Shown here: positions 42,142 to 53,036 of the stretch, one piece after another
How positions within the stretch are numbered: position 1 is the first letter of the stretch
Layout: each line of letters opens with the position of its first letter
From: Nitrospinaceae bacterium
GTDB lineage: Bacteria > Nitrospinota > Nitrospinia > Nitrospinales > VA-1
DNA: 64,000 bases
Direction: 5' to 3'
Assembly: GCA_029261595.1 (NCBI GenBank)
Contig: JAJDAZ010000012.1
Span: 11,325 to 75,324 of the forward strand
Program-made: the position numbers and the translations under genes
Notes under the pieces: generated by a model
What the model saw: only the letters and a program-made list of their open reading frames with translations
The model's database searches: none
Told to the model about the DNA's origin: nothing

Positions 42142-43011
42142 TTGAAAAAATCATTCTTTATATCTTTGTCCGCCACCGTCCTTTGGCTGTTGACGGGAAT
42201 TGCATATTCCCCCAATGGAAACGCCGAAGAAAAGGCATCGCGAATAACCGTGGTGGGGTCGACCACGGTTCTTCCCATTGCGACTCGCGCCGCGGAAAAA
42301 TTTGTTGAGAAAAAAAATGGCGGGATTTCCATCACCGTCAATGGCGGCGGGTCGGGAGTGGGGATTCAATCCGCCGGCAGTGGCCGGGCCGATATTGGCA
42401 TGGCCTCGCGCAACATCACCCCCAGGGAACGGAAGCGGTTCCAGAACCCCGGATTGCGGGTTCTTCCGGTGGGTCGCGACGCGGTGGTCTGTGTGATTTC
42501 TTCGGAAGTTTATTCCGCCGGCGTTCAGGCGCTGTCAAAGGAACAGATTGGCGATATTTATTTAGGGAAAATAAAAAACTGGCAAGAGCTTGGCGGGCCG
42601 GACCGGGAAATCGTGGTGATAGATAAAGAGCGCCACCGGGGCACGCGTCATGTGTTCATGAAATATGTGTTCGGCAATGAAAATGCCCGCACTCCCGGCG
42701 CTCGTCTGGTCACGGGATCGAACAATGAGGAGCAAACAAAAATTGCCCAGAGCGACTCCGCCATCGGCATGCTTTCGCTGGCCTGGATCAATGACGATGT
42801 GGTGGGAGTCGGAATTCGGGAGGGCGATGAGATTATCGAACCGACCCTTGAAAATGTCCGCAGGAACCGGTTCCCCATCGCCCGCGACCTGAATTTGATC
42901 GTTGCCGGGGAACCCCTGGGAAGGGTCAAGGAGTTCGTGGAGTTTATGTTGGGTCCCGAAGGCCAGAATATTGTCGCCGAGAGCGGTTATATACCGGTCC
43001 ATCCCAATTGA
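42142..43011 (+). CDS. pstS: Phosphate ABC transporter substrate-binding protein
   Basis: GSTTVLP, GGGSGVG, ADIGMASR, NWQELGG; first gene of the pst operon. Confidence 0.9.
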   Translation: MKKSFFISLSATVLWLLTGIAYSPNGNAEEKASRITVVGSTTVLPIATRAAEKFVEKKNGGISITVNGGGSGVGIQSAGSGRADIGMASRNITPRERKRFQNPGLRVLPVGRDAVVCVISSEVYSAGVQALSKEQIGDIYLGKIKNWQELGGPDREIVVIDKERHRGTRHVFMKYVFGNENARTPGARLVTGSNNEEQTKIAQSDSAIGMLSLAWINDDVVGVGIREGDEIIEPTLENVRRNRFPIARDLNLIVAGEPLGRVKEFVEFMLGPEGQNIVAESGYIPVHPN

Positions 43012-43026
43012 CCCGGCCCTGGGAGT

Positions 43027-43911
43027 TTGCGGGGAAGGCTGATTAAAGTGAACCGAATTTTTCAAATGGATTTCTTTCGCATAAGCACCGCGTTCATGGC
43101 GCTCATTTCCCTGGTGTTAATCGCCGGGCTGTTCGCCTTTCTGGTCCTGCAGAGCGCCCCCGTCCTAGCGGGACAACAATGGAGTTTTCTGCTGGGGCAG
43201 GACTGGTGGGCCGGGGAAGTGTATGGGGCTTTGCCGATGATTTACGGGTCCTTGATGGTGACCGGCGTTGCGTTGGTGATGGTGTTGCCCGTGGCGATCG
43301 GAGGCGCGGTGTTCACCTCTGAATTTTTATCCCCAAATCAGCGCCTTTGGGTCAAAGCCATGATGGAGCTTTTCGCCGGGATTCCGGGGATCATTTATGG
43401 TTTACTGGGCGTCGCCCTTCTGGCAGGCTGGGTGAAAGACAGTTTTGGCCTGATCGACGGCAACACGATTCTGACCGCGGGGTTGTTGTTGGGAATCATG
43501 ATTCTTCCCACTATCCTGACTTTATCGGAAGACGCTCTGCATGCGGTTCCCGGTCAATACCGAGACACGTCCCTTAGTCTTGGTCTGACAAAATTGCAGA
43601 TGATAAAAAGCGCGGTGATTCCAGTAGCCCTGCCGGGAATCGCCGGAGCCATCTTTCTGGGGCTGGGCCGCGCCATGGGAGAGACCATCGCCGTCATGCT
43701 GGTCATTGGCGGCCTCGATAAAATCGCCGAACCCTGGTACGATCTGTTCGCGCCAGCCCAGAGCATCGCGTCCAAATTGGGGCGGGAAGCGGCGGAAGCC
43801 ATCGGGTCGGGCCAGCAGTGGAGCGCTCTGATGGCCCTGGGATTGATCCTGTTTCTGCTGGTGATGATTTTGACTTTTATGGGAAACCTGCTTTTGAAAA
43901 GAGTACGATGA
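43027..43911 (+). CDS. pstC: Phosphate ABC transporter permease PstC
   Basis: YGALPMIYGS, ELFAGIPGIIYG, GRAMGETIAV; exact start uncertain. Confidence 0.92.
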   Translation: MRGRLIKVNRIFQMDFFRISTAFMALISLVLIAGLFAFLVLQSAPVLAGQQWSFLLGQDWWAGEVYGALPMIYGSLMVTGVALVMVLPVAIGGAVFTSEFLSPNQRLWVKAMMELFAGIPGIIYGLLGVALLAGWVKDSFGLIDGNTILTAGLLLGIMILPTILTLSEDALHAVPGQYRDTSLSLGLTKLQMIKSAVIPVALPGIAGAIFLGLGRAMGETIAVMLVIGGLDKIAEPWYDLFAPAQSIASKLGREAAEAIGSGQQWSALMALGLILFLLVMILTFMGNLLLKRVR

Positions 43912-44759
43912 GTCAAGAGGAGCTGTTGGAAAAATTTGTGCGAGGATTCTTAGGGATTTTATCTCTGCTGGCGATCTCTCTATTACTGTTGATCCTGGGC
44001 GCCGTATTTTGGCAGGGAGCTCCCGCCATTGACTGGGAATTTTTGACCCAGGCGTCATCGGATTTTGGCGCCTCGGGTGGCATTTTATATCAAACCGCAG
44101 GCACTTTAATTTTAATGACCGGAGCGGTGGCGGTCGCTTTGCCGGTGGCTTTGGGGACGGCGTTGTTTCAGACGGAATATTTAAAGTCAGACCGGCTCAA
44201 AAAGATTTCCCGCAATCTGTTTTACTCTTTGAATGGCATGCCGACGATTCTTTTCGGACTGGTGGGCTATATGGTGTTCGGAGTGTATCTGGAGGCGGGG
44301 GTGTCCTGGCTGACCGGCACGTTGATTTTAGCCGTGATGATCCTGCCCACATTGCAGGTGAGTTTTCAGCAAGCGGTGGAAGCGCTTCCGGAAAAGTACC
44401 GGGACGCGGGGATGGCCCTGGGTTTGAGCCCGGTCGCTATGACCTGTTCCATCATCATTCCTCAGAGCCTGTTTGGCATCATTACGGGAGTGTTGTTGGG
44501 ATTGGCGCGGGCGGCGGGAGAAACCGCCGCCATCATGTTCACCGCCACGACGTTTTCAGGGGTCTTGCTTCCCAGGACCTGGACCGATCCGGTTCCCACC
44601 CTGCAGACGCATATCCTTGTGCTGGCACAGGAAGCCCTGAACCCAAAAGCGGTGGCCCAAGCCTGGGGAGCCGGACTGGTGCTGTTGAGTTTGACATTTA
44701 TATTGATAGCGGGAGCGCTTTTTTGTCGAAGCAGAATGCGTATGGAGTCGGAACGATGA
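43908..44759 (+). CDS. pstA: Phosphate ABC transporter permease PstA
   Basis: PTILFGL, LARAAGETA; ATG overlaps the pstC stop (ATGA). Confidence 0.92.
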   Translation: MSQEELLEKFVRGFLGILSLLAISLLLLILGAVFWQGAPAIDWEFLTQASSDFGASGGILYQTAGTLILMTGAVAVALPVALGTALFQTEYLKSDRLKKISRNLFYSLNGMPTILFGLVGYMVFGVYLEAGVSWLTGTLILAVMILPTLQVSFQQAVEALPEKYRDAGMALGLSPVAMTCSIIIPQSLFGIITGVLLGLARAAGETAAIMFTATTFSGVLLPRTWTDPVPTLQTHILVLAQEALNPKAVAQAWGAGLVLLSLTFILIAGALFCRSRMRMESER

Positions 44760-45538
44760 ACAAAATTTCTCCACTAGCGGCCATGGAAATGCAGGGAGCC
44801 AGTATTTCCTATAACGGCAAACCCGTGCTTGAGGGTCTGGACTTTCTGATTTCCGAGAAAAAAGTGACCGGGATCGTCGGCCCTTCCGGTTCCGGTAAAT
44901 CCACGCTTTTGCGCACCCTTTGCCGGATGAACGATCGGGTTCCCGGATTTCACGTCCAGGGCCGGATTCGAGTGGGCGGCAAGGACATTTACGAAAAGGG
45001 CATGGATGTTTACCATTTGCGGCGAAAAGTCGGGATGGTGTTTCAATCGCCCTGCGTGTTTCCCAAAAGTATTTTCGAGAATGTTGTTTTTGCCTTGAAG
45101 CGTCTGCGTCCGCATCTTAAAAATGAATTTGCGCACATTGCCGAACAGGCTTTCCGGGAAGTATTCTTATGGGAAGAAGTCAAAGACCGTTTACACAAAC
45201 CCGCTTCCATCCTGTCTCTCGGTCAACAACAACGGTTGGCGATCGCCCGGTCCCTGGTCATTCAGCCCGAAATCCTGTTGATGGACGAACCCACCTCCTC
45301 CCTCGACCCGGAATCCTCTGAGGCTATCGAAGAGTTGATCGCGGAACTGAAAACCCGGCACACCATTGCCCTGGTGACCCACAATCTCTCCCAGGCCAAA
45401 CGGGTGGCGGATGATTTGATTTTCCTGCGCCAGGGAAGAATCTGGGAATCGGGACCCACCGCCCGCATGTTTGAAAACCCATCCCGCCCGGAAACCCGTG
45501 ATTATCTTATTCGCAGAACGGACTTGGAATTTGCCTGA
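44756..45538 (+). CDS. pstB: Phosphate ABC transporter ATP-binding protein
   Basis: GPSGSGKST, LSLGQQQRL, LMDEPTSSLDP, VTHN; ATGA overlap with pstA. Confidence 0.92.
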   Translation: MNKISPLAAMEMQGASISYNGKPVLEGLDFLISEKKVTGIVGPSGSGKSTLLRTLCRMNDRVPGFHVQGRIRVGGKDIYEKGMDVYHLRRKVGMVFQSPCVFPKSIFENVVFALKRLRPHLKNEFAHIAEQAFREVFLWEEVKDRLHKPASILSLGQQQRLAIARSLVIQPEILLMDEPTSSLDPESSEAIEELIAELKTRHTIALVTHNLSQAKRVADDLIFLRQGRIWESGPTARMFENPSRPETRDYLIRRTDLEFA

Positions 45539-45615
45539 ACCGAAAAATCCTCCCCTTTAATTCCTCAGCGCAAACATTTATACTTGTAGAAATCACCCCT
45601 TCTTCGGCAAGTGCT

Positions 45616-47193
45616 TTGAAACACAAGAATGTAAAGAAACACAAGGTTTCCAGTTCCTCCCAATCGAGGTATGTGTCCCTGGCGTCGTTGGGCGACGAAC
45701 TGCGTAAGAAGAACCCGGACATGATGAAGAAGGTGGAGGCCCTGCACGGGACGAAATCGTCTTTCACTCAAATCATGGAAGCGATTTATGACCTGCTTCC
45801 TTATCCCTGGGATGATTTGGAAATCTTTGAGCAAGGCGGGGAGCAGATTTTTGCGGGCCATTTTTCCGAGGCGATTGAAACCTTCCAAACGCTTTTACAG
45901 CAATTTCCCGACTGTTATCCGGCCTGCCATCTCATGGGAGTGGCTCATGGCTGTTTGCAAAATTATAAAGAGGAAATTGAGTGTTATCGCAGGGCGGTAA
46001 AAATCCGCCCCGATTATCCCCAGGTTTATTTCGATCTCGCCATTTCCTATTGGTTGCAGGGAAAAGAAAAAAAGGCTTTTTCCGAATTTAAACGGGGAAT
46101 CCCTCTGGCCCCGGATTTTGCGACTGCGGACTTCTGGTTGCATTTCACCATCGAAAGATTGGGACGAGGCAAAACAACCGGTAAAGCCAACCAGAATGGA
46201 GACGAGGAATCCTGGAAAGCGATCGCTCATGGGTGCTGTCTATTGGGCGTGGGCTACCTGGAGCATGGGCTCCACATCGCGGCCCGCCATGCTTTTAAAA
46301 AAGCGGTCCATCTTCTGCCGGAATTTGCGGAAGCTCAATATCAGCTGGGCTCCATTCATATCAAAAGGCTGCGCAACCCCAAACGCGCCGAAAAATATCT
46401 GGACCGGGCGGAACAGCTATTCGTGACCCAGGGAGATTTACAGAGGGCGATTCTGGCGCATCAACTCTGCCGACCCGAGGAAAAGGTTGCCGATAACGTG
46501 AGGGCGGCGGAGGATTGGCTGAAGGAAGGCTTGCGGCTCCAGCATTTGGAAAAATATCAGGGCGCTATAGACGCTTACAAAATGGCGATCAAGTACCAGC
46601 CCAATTTTGTGGACGCTTTTTATAATCTGGGGATCGCTTACGGGAGTCTGGAAGACTCGGGGGTGGAGTTGATTCATAAAGCCATCTGGGCATTCAAACA
46701 GGTCATAAAAATCAAGCCGGATTTTGTTTACGCCTATTCCGCGCTGGGCGCATCTTATATCAAGCAGGGGGATTATGGCGAGGCACTGGCGACACTCACC
46801 GCCGCGTTGCGACTGGAACAAAAAGAATCAAATGTCTATTATTACCTTGGGATGGTGTCCCGATTGACGGAAAATAACGAAGGCGCGGTGGAGTATTTGC
46901 AAGAAGCCGTTGCTCTCAATGCGGATTCGGTGCAATCAAAATTTTATCTGGGACTGACCCTGATGGAGTTGGAAAGATATCCAGAAGCGTGTGAAGTTTT
47001 CCAGGATGTAGTGCACACCAAACCCGACTTCGCGGAAGTGCATTTCATGTTGGGAAATTTATACATGGAGAAGATAGGCGACACCGACAGGGCCGTCGCC
47101 CATCTTAAAAAGGCCGAGAAGCTCTTTATCAAGCTGGATGACAACCTCCGCCTGTCCCACGTTCGCCAAATATTAGCCCACGAGGGTGTTTGA
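45616..47193 (+). CDS. TPR-repeat protein
   Basis: Many TPR motifs along 525 aa; start could be ATG 45721. Confidence 0.85.
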   Translation: MKHKNVKKHKVSSSSQSRYVSLASLGDELRKKNPDMMKKVEALHGTKSSFTQIMEAIYDLLPYPWDDLEIFEQGGEQIFAGHFSEAIETFQTLLQQFPDCYPACHLMGVAHGCLQNYKEEIECYRRAVKIRPDYPQVYFDLAISYWLQGKEKKAFSEFKRGIPLAPDFATADFWLHFTIERLGRGKTTGKANQNGDEESWKAIAHGCCLLGVGYLEHGLHIAARHAFKKAVHLLPEFAEAQYQLGSIHIKRLRNPKRAEKYLDRAEQLFVTQGDLQRAILAHQLCRPEEKVADNVRAAEDWLKEGLRLQHLEKYQGAIDAYKMAIKYQPNFVDAFYNLGIAYGSLEDSGVELIHKAIWAFKQVIKIKPDFVYAYSALGASYIKQGDYGEALATLTAALRLEQKESNVYYYLGMVSRLTENNEGAVEYLQEAVALNADSVQSKFYLGLTLMELERYPEACEVFQDVVHTKPDFAEVHFMLGNLYMEKIGDTDRAVAHLKKAEKLFIKLDDNLRLSHVRQILAHEGV

Positions 47194-47237
47194 TCTTCAG
47201 GGTTTATTTAGGAATTTTTTTTGACCAGGGAAAAACC

Positions 47238-48521
47238 ATGCGAAAAAGTCGGTCGTCAATATTTATATGCATCGTAAAGCGAAGCCTGGTGGTGGGATTA
47301 TTATTGATATTATGCGCCGGGGGATCGACCGCCCAAAATTTTTCTGAACCCTTAAACCCGGAAAGCATGTCGGCCAATGAGATCATTCAACAGGCGCTGA
47401 CGGATGCGTTGTATTACGAATTTGATAAATGGTTTGCAGTATTTGAAAAAGCCATTCGCCGGTTGGAGGATTCCCCAAAATCCATGGAAAACCGGATTGA
47501 ACTGATGAAGTACAATTTTTATTACTCCGGTCTTTTAGGGGAGCTGTGTCACACCCTGGCATTCACCAGCAGTTATAAAATAGAAGACATCGCCGACCGG
47601 TTCATTCAGTACAGTAGCCGCGCCAAGGAACTCGCCAAGGAAATTCTGAACACCCCCGATTTGACCATCTCCCAGCAAGCCCAGGCCAATTTATATCTGG
47701 GTGGGGCCGAGGGTTATATCGGCATCTTCGAATACGGCGAGGGGCATCTACTCAAAGCGCTGGTCAACGGATTCCAGGCGGACACGCATTTGGAAAAAGC
47801 ACTGGAGCTCGACCCCCATCAGATAGACGCCCATTTTGGCTTGGGGATTTATCGTTACGGCAACAGCCGTCTTGGAGGATTTGGAAATTTCATCATGCAG
47901 GGAGGGCGTGATTTGCGCCAGGTGGGGCTCGACCACATTGAACGCGCCATTCGGGACGAGGCCCCTTCCAAGCCGCTGGCGCTGAAAACCCTGGCCTGGT
48001 TTTATATTTCCGAGCAATTCAATCCGAAAAATTCCGATATCCCTGCGGGAAAATCGTTGTCGGCCTCCTTGTCACGGTCCAAAGCCCTGGAATTTATGGA
48101 GGCGCTGGAGGCGGATTATTTCAGGAATCCGCCCTACCCAAACTTCACCGGCAACAAAGAACTCGCCATGATGCAGGCCCTGCAATATGTTCTGGATGGC
48201 GATTACCTATCCGCCAAAACTAAATTCGAGAAAGTCCTTGCGGTCGCCCATGACCTTAAAAAAAACCGGGGGTTTGCCATCAATCCGCAATTGACCGATT
48301 CGGTCAAGGCGGGAATCCAATTTTGCGACCTCATGTTACTGCGCCCGGAAAAAAACGATGATACCGGTCGTCGCTCCGCTTGCCTGAAGGTGAACGATCA
48401 GTTGAAATTTTTAAAAAGCGGCGGGGCCATGGTGGAGTATGACTCCAAAAAAATCCGCAGTGAACTGCATGGCATTTTTGCCGGCAAGCTCGATGGATTG
48501 TCCCGCGATATGAACTGCTGA
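47238..48521 (+). CDS. Secreted helical/TPR-like hypothetical protein
   Basis: Signal-like N-terminus from ATG 47238; LEKALELDP..IDAHFGLGIY TPR-like motif. Confidence 0.7.
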   Translation: MRKSRSSIFICIVKRSLVVGLLLILCAGGSTAQNFSEPLNPESMSANEIIQQALTDALYYEFDKWFAVFEKAIRRLEDSPKSMENRIELMKYNFYYSGLLGELCHTLAFTSSYKIEDIADRFIQYSSRAKELAKEILNTPDLTISQQAQANLYLGGAEGYIGIFEYGEGHLLKALVNGFQADTHLEKALELDPHQIDAHFGLGIYRYGNSRLGGFGNFIMQGGRDLRQVGLDHIERAIRDEAPSKPLALKTLAWFYISEQFNPKNSDIPAGKSLSASLSRSKALEFMEALEADYFRNPPYPNFTGNKELAMMQALQYVLDGDYLSAKTKFEKVLAVAHDLKKNRGFAINPQLTDSVKAGIQFCDLMLLRPEKNDDTGRRSACLKVNDQLKFLKSGGAMVEYDSKKIRSELHGIFAGKLDGLSRDMNC

Positions 48522-48753
48522 CCTGTGGTGCCGCTGGATTAGATACTAACGTTCGATAAACTTACGGCTGGCTAACTCTCCTTTCGGCCAGAGATTTCAT
48601 CCTGAAATTATCCTTCCATTAAAGTTGGGTTAGCGCCAATAATCCTCCCCGCGTACCGGGGCCTGAAATTTTTTTTCTAAAAATGTAAGGAATCTCCGGA
48701 TTCCCCGACCCTGCATTATTACTTGCCAAACCACCTGAAAAATAAGGAGAACC

Positions 48754-49287
48754 ATGTTTAGAATCGATTCCATAGCGGAAGCTGAGGCGGAGGGTGGTGT
48801 TAAAAAAGTTTACGATGAATTGAAAGATTCCATGGGCATGGTGCCTAATGTGTTCAAGGTCCTCAGCCTTTGGCCGGAGGGATTGGAGTCCTATGTGACG
48901 ATGATTAAGGGAACGATGTTCGCCGACACCAAACTCTCCCGCGCTTTAAAAGAGATGATCGCGTCCACCGTTTCAAGAATCAATCAATGCGATTATTGTT
49001 TGGGCCACCACAAAAACTTTATGAGCCAATTTGGGATTTCCTCCACAGTAGCAGAACAGGTGGTGGACGATCCGCAATCAGCGGATATTTCCGCCGCCGA
49101 AAAGAAGTTATTGGCGTATGTGGAAAAAGTTACCCTTCATGCTTACAAGGTCACGGACGCGGACGTGGAAGGTTTGAAAGAAATCGGCTGGTCGCATGAA
49201 GAAATTCTGGAGGCGACGCTGGTCACCTCCTTATTCAATGCCATCAACCGCTTTGCCGATGCCTTAGGTGTTCAGCCGGAAGCCTGA
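48754..49287 (+). CDS. AhpD/CMD-family peroxidase-related enzyme
   Basis: GMVPNVF, EMIASTVSRINQCDYCLGHH, NRFADALG; AGGAG RBS. Confidence 0.88.
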   Translation: MFRIDSIAEAEAEGGVKKVYDELKDSMGMVPNVFKVLSLWPEGLESYVTMIKGTMFADTKLSRALKEMIASTVSRINQCDYCLGHHKNFMSQFGISSTVAEQVVDDPQSADISAAEKKLLAYVEKVTLHAYKVTDADVEGLKEIGWSHEEILEATLVTSLFNAINRFADALGVQPEA

Positions 49288-49328
49288 TTCCGTTTCCCGG
49301 TGAAGGAACCCGGAAGAAAGAAAATATA

Positions 49329-50264
49329 ATGTTTCGCTGGAGTGAAAAAAAAACCTTGTTCCTAAGGATTGTTCTCGCCGCTGGGGCGTTGGTCTTGCTT
49401 TCAGGGTTTGATACTTCCAGGCACAGCATTCCCGTGGATGAAATTTTTGCGGGCGGGCCGCCCAAGGATGGAATTCCCGCCTTGAGTCAACCCAAATTCG
49501 TGGCGGTAAAACAGGCTGATAATTTTATGAAGGACGAGGATCGTGTGTTGGGAGTGGCTAGAAACGGTCGGGCCAAAGCCTATCCCATCAAAATTCTCAA
49601 CTGGCATGAAATCGTCAATGACACCATCGGCAAGCAGGCGGTGGTGGTGACCTTCTGCCCCTTGTGCGGCACGGGGATGGTGTTCGACGGAAAAATAAAT
49701 GGAAGGAATTTGACCTTCGGAGTTTCCGGTTTGCTTTATCAGAGCGATATGTTGTTGTACGATCGTAAGACAGACAGCCTGTGGTCTCAAATCAAGGGAA
49801 AAGCGGTGACCGGCCCGCTGATGGGCGCGCGTTTAAAACTGCTTTCGTCCACCCAAACCACTTGGAGGGAGTGGAAGAAAACACATCCCGAAACCCTCGT
49901 TCTTTCCCAGAACACAGGTTACAGCAGAGATTATGACCGGGACCCCTACATGGGTTACTACACCAGTTCCCGGTTGATGTTTGGCGTGAAGAATAGAAAC
50001 CAGGCCTATCATCCCAAGGAGCGGGTCCTGGGGCTGGAATTAGGCGGCAAGTTCAAGGCCTATCCTTTTTCCGAGCTGGCGAAAGCAAAACAACCGGTGA
50101 CGGATAAATTGAACGGCGCTACCGTGACAGTAATTTTCGATGAGCCGTCGCAAACGGCGGTGATCCGGGACAGTCAAGGGCAAGAGCTTCCGTCCGTGGT
50201 CGGTTTTTGGTTCGCCTGGTTTGCGTTTCACCCGGAAACCAAGATCTTCAAGGTCACGCAATAA
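49329..50264 (+). CDS. DUF3179-family periplasmic protein
   Basis: GGPPKDGIPAL, AYP..ILNWHEIVND, FCPLCGTG, FGVSGLL, FWFAWFAFHP. Confidence 0.85.
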   Translation: MFRWSEKKTLFLRIVLAAGALVLLSGFDTSRHSIPVDEIFAGGPPKDGIPALSQPKFVAVKQADNFMKDEDRVLGVARNGRAKAYPIKILNWHEIVNDTIGKQAVVVTFCPLCGTGMVFDGKINGRNLTFGVSGLLYQSDMLLYDRKTDSLWSQIKGKAVTGPLMGARLKLLSSTQTTWREWKKTHPETLVLSQNTGYSRDYDRDPYMGYYTSSRLMFGVKNRNQAYHPKERVLGLELGGKFKAYPFSELAKAKQPVTDKLNGATVTVIFDEPSQTAVIRDSQGQELPSVVGFWFAWFAFHPETKIFKVTQ

Positions 50265-50596
50265 CCTTTCAGGGCAAGCTTTCGCGAGGGTCCTGGATAG
50301 AAAATGTTATATTTCTGAGAGTTTGGGTATCAAGGAAAACACTTCATAATCCGCACCTTCATCATCTTGATCCCTCACTAAATCATCCCCCGTCTGCCTG
50401 ATTGCCTCCATAAATTTACATCCAGGTAAACCGAGCTTGTTTACTATAGGGATATTATTTATTGCATACAACCGCAAGGGGGACGATACTGGTTCAGTGA
50501 AAATTTGTTAGCGGAACAAACGATTTTTCATTTTAAGGAAGAGTCAATGGTTGCTATCGGGAAACAACCGCCCACCATAGGGTCAGGGAGCAAATT

Positions 50597-51493
50597 ATGA
50601 AAATTGGTTTTGTAGGGCTGGGAAAAATGGGAGCCAATATGGTGGAACGCCTGCTTCGTGGCGGCCATGAGATCGTCGCCTACGACCGGTCTGCGGACAA
50701 TGTGGACGCGATCGTGGAGAAAGGCGGCATCGGTTCAAAATCCCTGGCCGAGCTTATTGAAAAACTTCCCCAACGTAAAATCGTGTGGTTGATGGTTCCC
50801 GAAGGCAAACCGGTGGAGGATAGCATTGCCGATTTGACGCCTCTTTTGAAAGACGGGGGCATCATCATCGACGGCGGCAATTCCAACTGGAGGCAAACCC
50901 AAGAGCGCGCTAAAGAGCTTGAATCCCAGGGCATTGATTACCTCGATTGCGGAACCAGCGGCGGCGTGTGGGGGCTGGAAAACGGTTACTGTTTGATGTC
51001 GGGAGGAAAAGCGTCCGCCTGCAAGGAGGTCGAACCGGTGTTCAAGACCCTGGCTCCCCCGGAGGGTTATTTGTACTGTGGGCCATCGGGAGCCGGCCAT
51101 TTCGTCAAAATGGTTCACAACGGAATCGAGTACGGAATGATGCAGGCGTATGCGGAAGGCTTCGAAATCATGGAGAAGTCACCCTTTGACCTGGATATTC
51201 TGGGCATCAGCAAAGTTTGGCAACACGGAAGCGTGGTGCGGTCATGGTTACTGGAGCTTGTGGAACTCGCGTTTGCCGACGATCCCAAACTTTCTGAAAT
51301 TAAAAGTTATGTGCAGGACAGCGGCGAAGGGCGCTGGACGGTTCAGGCGGCAATGGATTTCGATGTTCCCGCTCCGGTCATCACCATGTCCCTTTTGGCG
51401 CGGTTTCAATCGCGCCAGCCGGACTCCTTCTCCATGAAAGTTCTCGCGGCGTTGCGCAACCAGTTTGGCGGCCATGCGATCAAAAGGAAATAA
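50597..51493 (+). CDS. gnd: 6-phosphogluconate dehydrogenase (decarboxylating, short form)
   Basis: GLGKMG, DGGNS, SGGVWG, GHFVKMVHNGIEYG, LRNQFGGH. Confidence 0.96.
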   Translation: MKIGFVGLGKMGANMVERLLRGGHEIVAYDRSADNVDAIVEKGGIGSKSLAELIEKLPQRKIVWLMVPEGKPVEDSIADLTPLLKDGGIIIDGGNSNWRQTQERAKELESQGIDYLDCGTSGGVWGLENGYCLMSGGKASACKEVEPVFKTLAPPEGYLYCGPSGAGHFVKMVHNGIEYGMMQAYAEGFEIMEKSPFDLDILGISKVWQHGSVVRSWLLELVELAFADDPKLSEIKSYVQDSGEGRWTVQAAMDFDVPAPVITMSLLARFQSRQPDSFSMKVLAALRNQFGGHAIKRK

Positions 51494-51494
51494 A

Positions 51495-53036
51495 ATGGAA
51501 AAACCGGATAATTGCATATTGGTCATTTTTGGCGCGTCTGGGGATTTGAGCAAGCGCAAGCTGATTCCGTCCCTGTTCGATTTGTATCGCCAAAATTTTC
51601 TGCCGGACAAATTTTCCGTGCTGGGGGTGGGTCGGTCCAAACTTGCCGACAGCAAATTCCGCGATCGAATGATGCAAAGCGTGGAGGAATACATTGAGAG
51701 CGAAGAGCCGGTGGATAAGGACCAACTGCAGGCGTTCCTCAAAAAATTTCATTATATTTCCATGGACCCATCCAACGATGAGGATTTTGTCAAATTGAAA
51801 TCCAAGCTGGAGACCCTGGATACGCGCTATAAAATCGGCGGAAATTATATTTATTATCTTGCCGTTCCTCCCAGCACCTATCAACCCATCATTCAAAATC
51901 TCGGCTCGCAGGGGTTGCAAAAGGAAAATTCATCGACGTCCGGTTGGAAGCGTTTGATCATTGAAAAACCATTTGGGTATGATCTGGAATCAGCTTTGGA
52001 ACTGATGAAAGCCATGAAAAAGGTTTTCAGCGAACCGCAGATTTATCGCATCGACCATTACCTGGGAAAAGAAACGGTCCAGAATATTCTGATTTTCCGG
52101 TTCGCCAACGGTATTTACGAGCCCTTGTGGAACCGCAATTATATCCACCATGTTGAAATCACCGCCGCCGAAAGCATCGGCGTGGATGACCGTGGGCAGT
52201 ATTATGACGGCGCCGGGGCTTTAAGGGATATGGTGCAAAACCATTTGATGCAGATCCTGGGTGTGGTCGCCATGGAGTCGCCTTCCTCCTTTGACTCGAC
52301 GGCGGTGCGCAACGAAACCGTCAAAGTGTTTCAGTCGCTCCGGGAAATCCCGCACGAGGACGTGAGTAAATTCGCCGTGCGCGGTCAGTACACGACTTCG
52401 GTGATCGAAAAGGAAATCATCCCCGGTTACCGCGAAGAAACGAATGTGGCCGAGGGTTCGCGGACGGAAACCTTTGCCGCGCTCAAAGTATTTATCGACA
52501 ACTGGCGCTGGGGCGGCGTTCCATTCTACATCCGCGCCGGCAAGCGATTGCCCACCCGCGTGACGGAAGTGGCGATCCATTTCAAACCCACCCCGCATTT
52601 TTTGTTCGCCCAGGGAGGCCAGGAAACCGACGGTCTCAACCAGCTCATCATCCGCATTCAGCCGAATGAAGGGTTTGCCCTGAAGTTTGGCTTGAAAGTC
52701 CCCGGCCAGGGTTTCAAGGTGCAAAACGTCAGCATGGACTTTCATTATTCCGGGCTTTCCAACACCCGCGTCGCGTCCGCCTACGAGCGTTTACTGCTGG
52801 ACTGTATGCTGGGCGACCCGACACTCTATGCCAGGGGCGATGCGGTGGAGGCCTGCTGGAAATTTGTCGATCCCATTTTGCAGGAATGGAAAAACAATCC
52901 CGACCTCAAAGTCTATGGCTATCCGGCGGGAACCTGGGGACCCGGCGAAGCCAATCAGTTGTTTCAGGAACATGGGATCGAGTGGCGCTACCCTTGCAAA
53001 AACCTGGTCGATGACGGCGCAGTCTGTGAGCTCTAA
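51495..53036 (+). CDS. zwf: Glucose-6-phosphate 1-dehydrogenase
   Basis: GASGDL, EKPFG, RIDHYLGKE, RDMVQNHL. Confidence 0.97.
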   Translation: MEKPDNCILVIFGASGDLSKRKLIPSLFDLYRQNFLPDKFSVLGVGRSKLADSKFRDRMMQSVEEYIESEEPVDKDQLQAFLKKFHYISMDPSNDEDFVKLKSKLETLDTRYKIGGNYIYYLAVPPSTYQPIIQNLGSQGLQKENSSTSGWKRLIIEKPFGYDLESALELMKAMKKVFSEPQIYRIDHYLGKETVQNILIFRFANGIYEPLWNRNYIHHVEITAAESIGVDDRGQYYDGAGALRDMVQNHLMQILGVVAMESPSSFDSTAVRNETVKVFQSLREIPHEDVSKFAVRGQYTTSVIEKEIIPGYREETNVAEGSRTETFAALKVFIDNWRWGGVPFYIRAGKRLPTRVTEVAIHFKPTPHFLFAQGGQETDGLNQLIIRIQPNEGFALKFGLKVPGQGFKVQNVSMDFHYSGLSNTRVASAYERLLLDCMLGDPTLYARGDAVEACWKFVDPILQEWKNNPDLKVYGYPAGTWGPGEANQLFQEHGIEWRYPCKNLVDDGAVCEL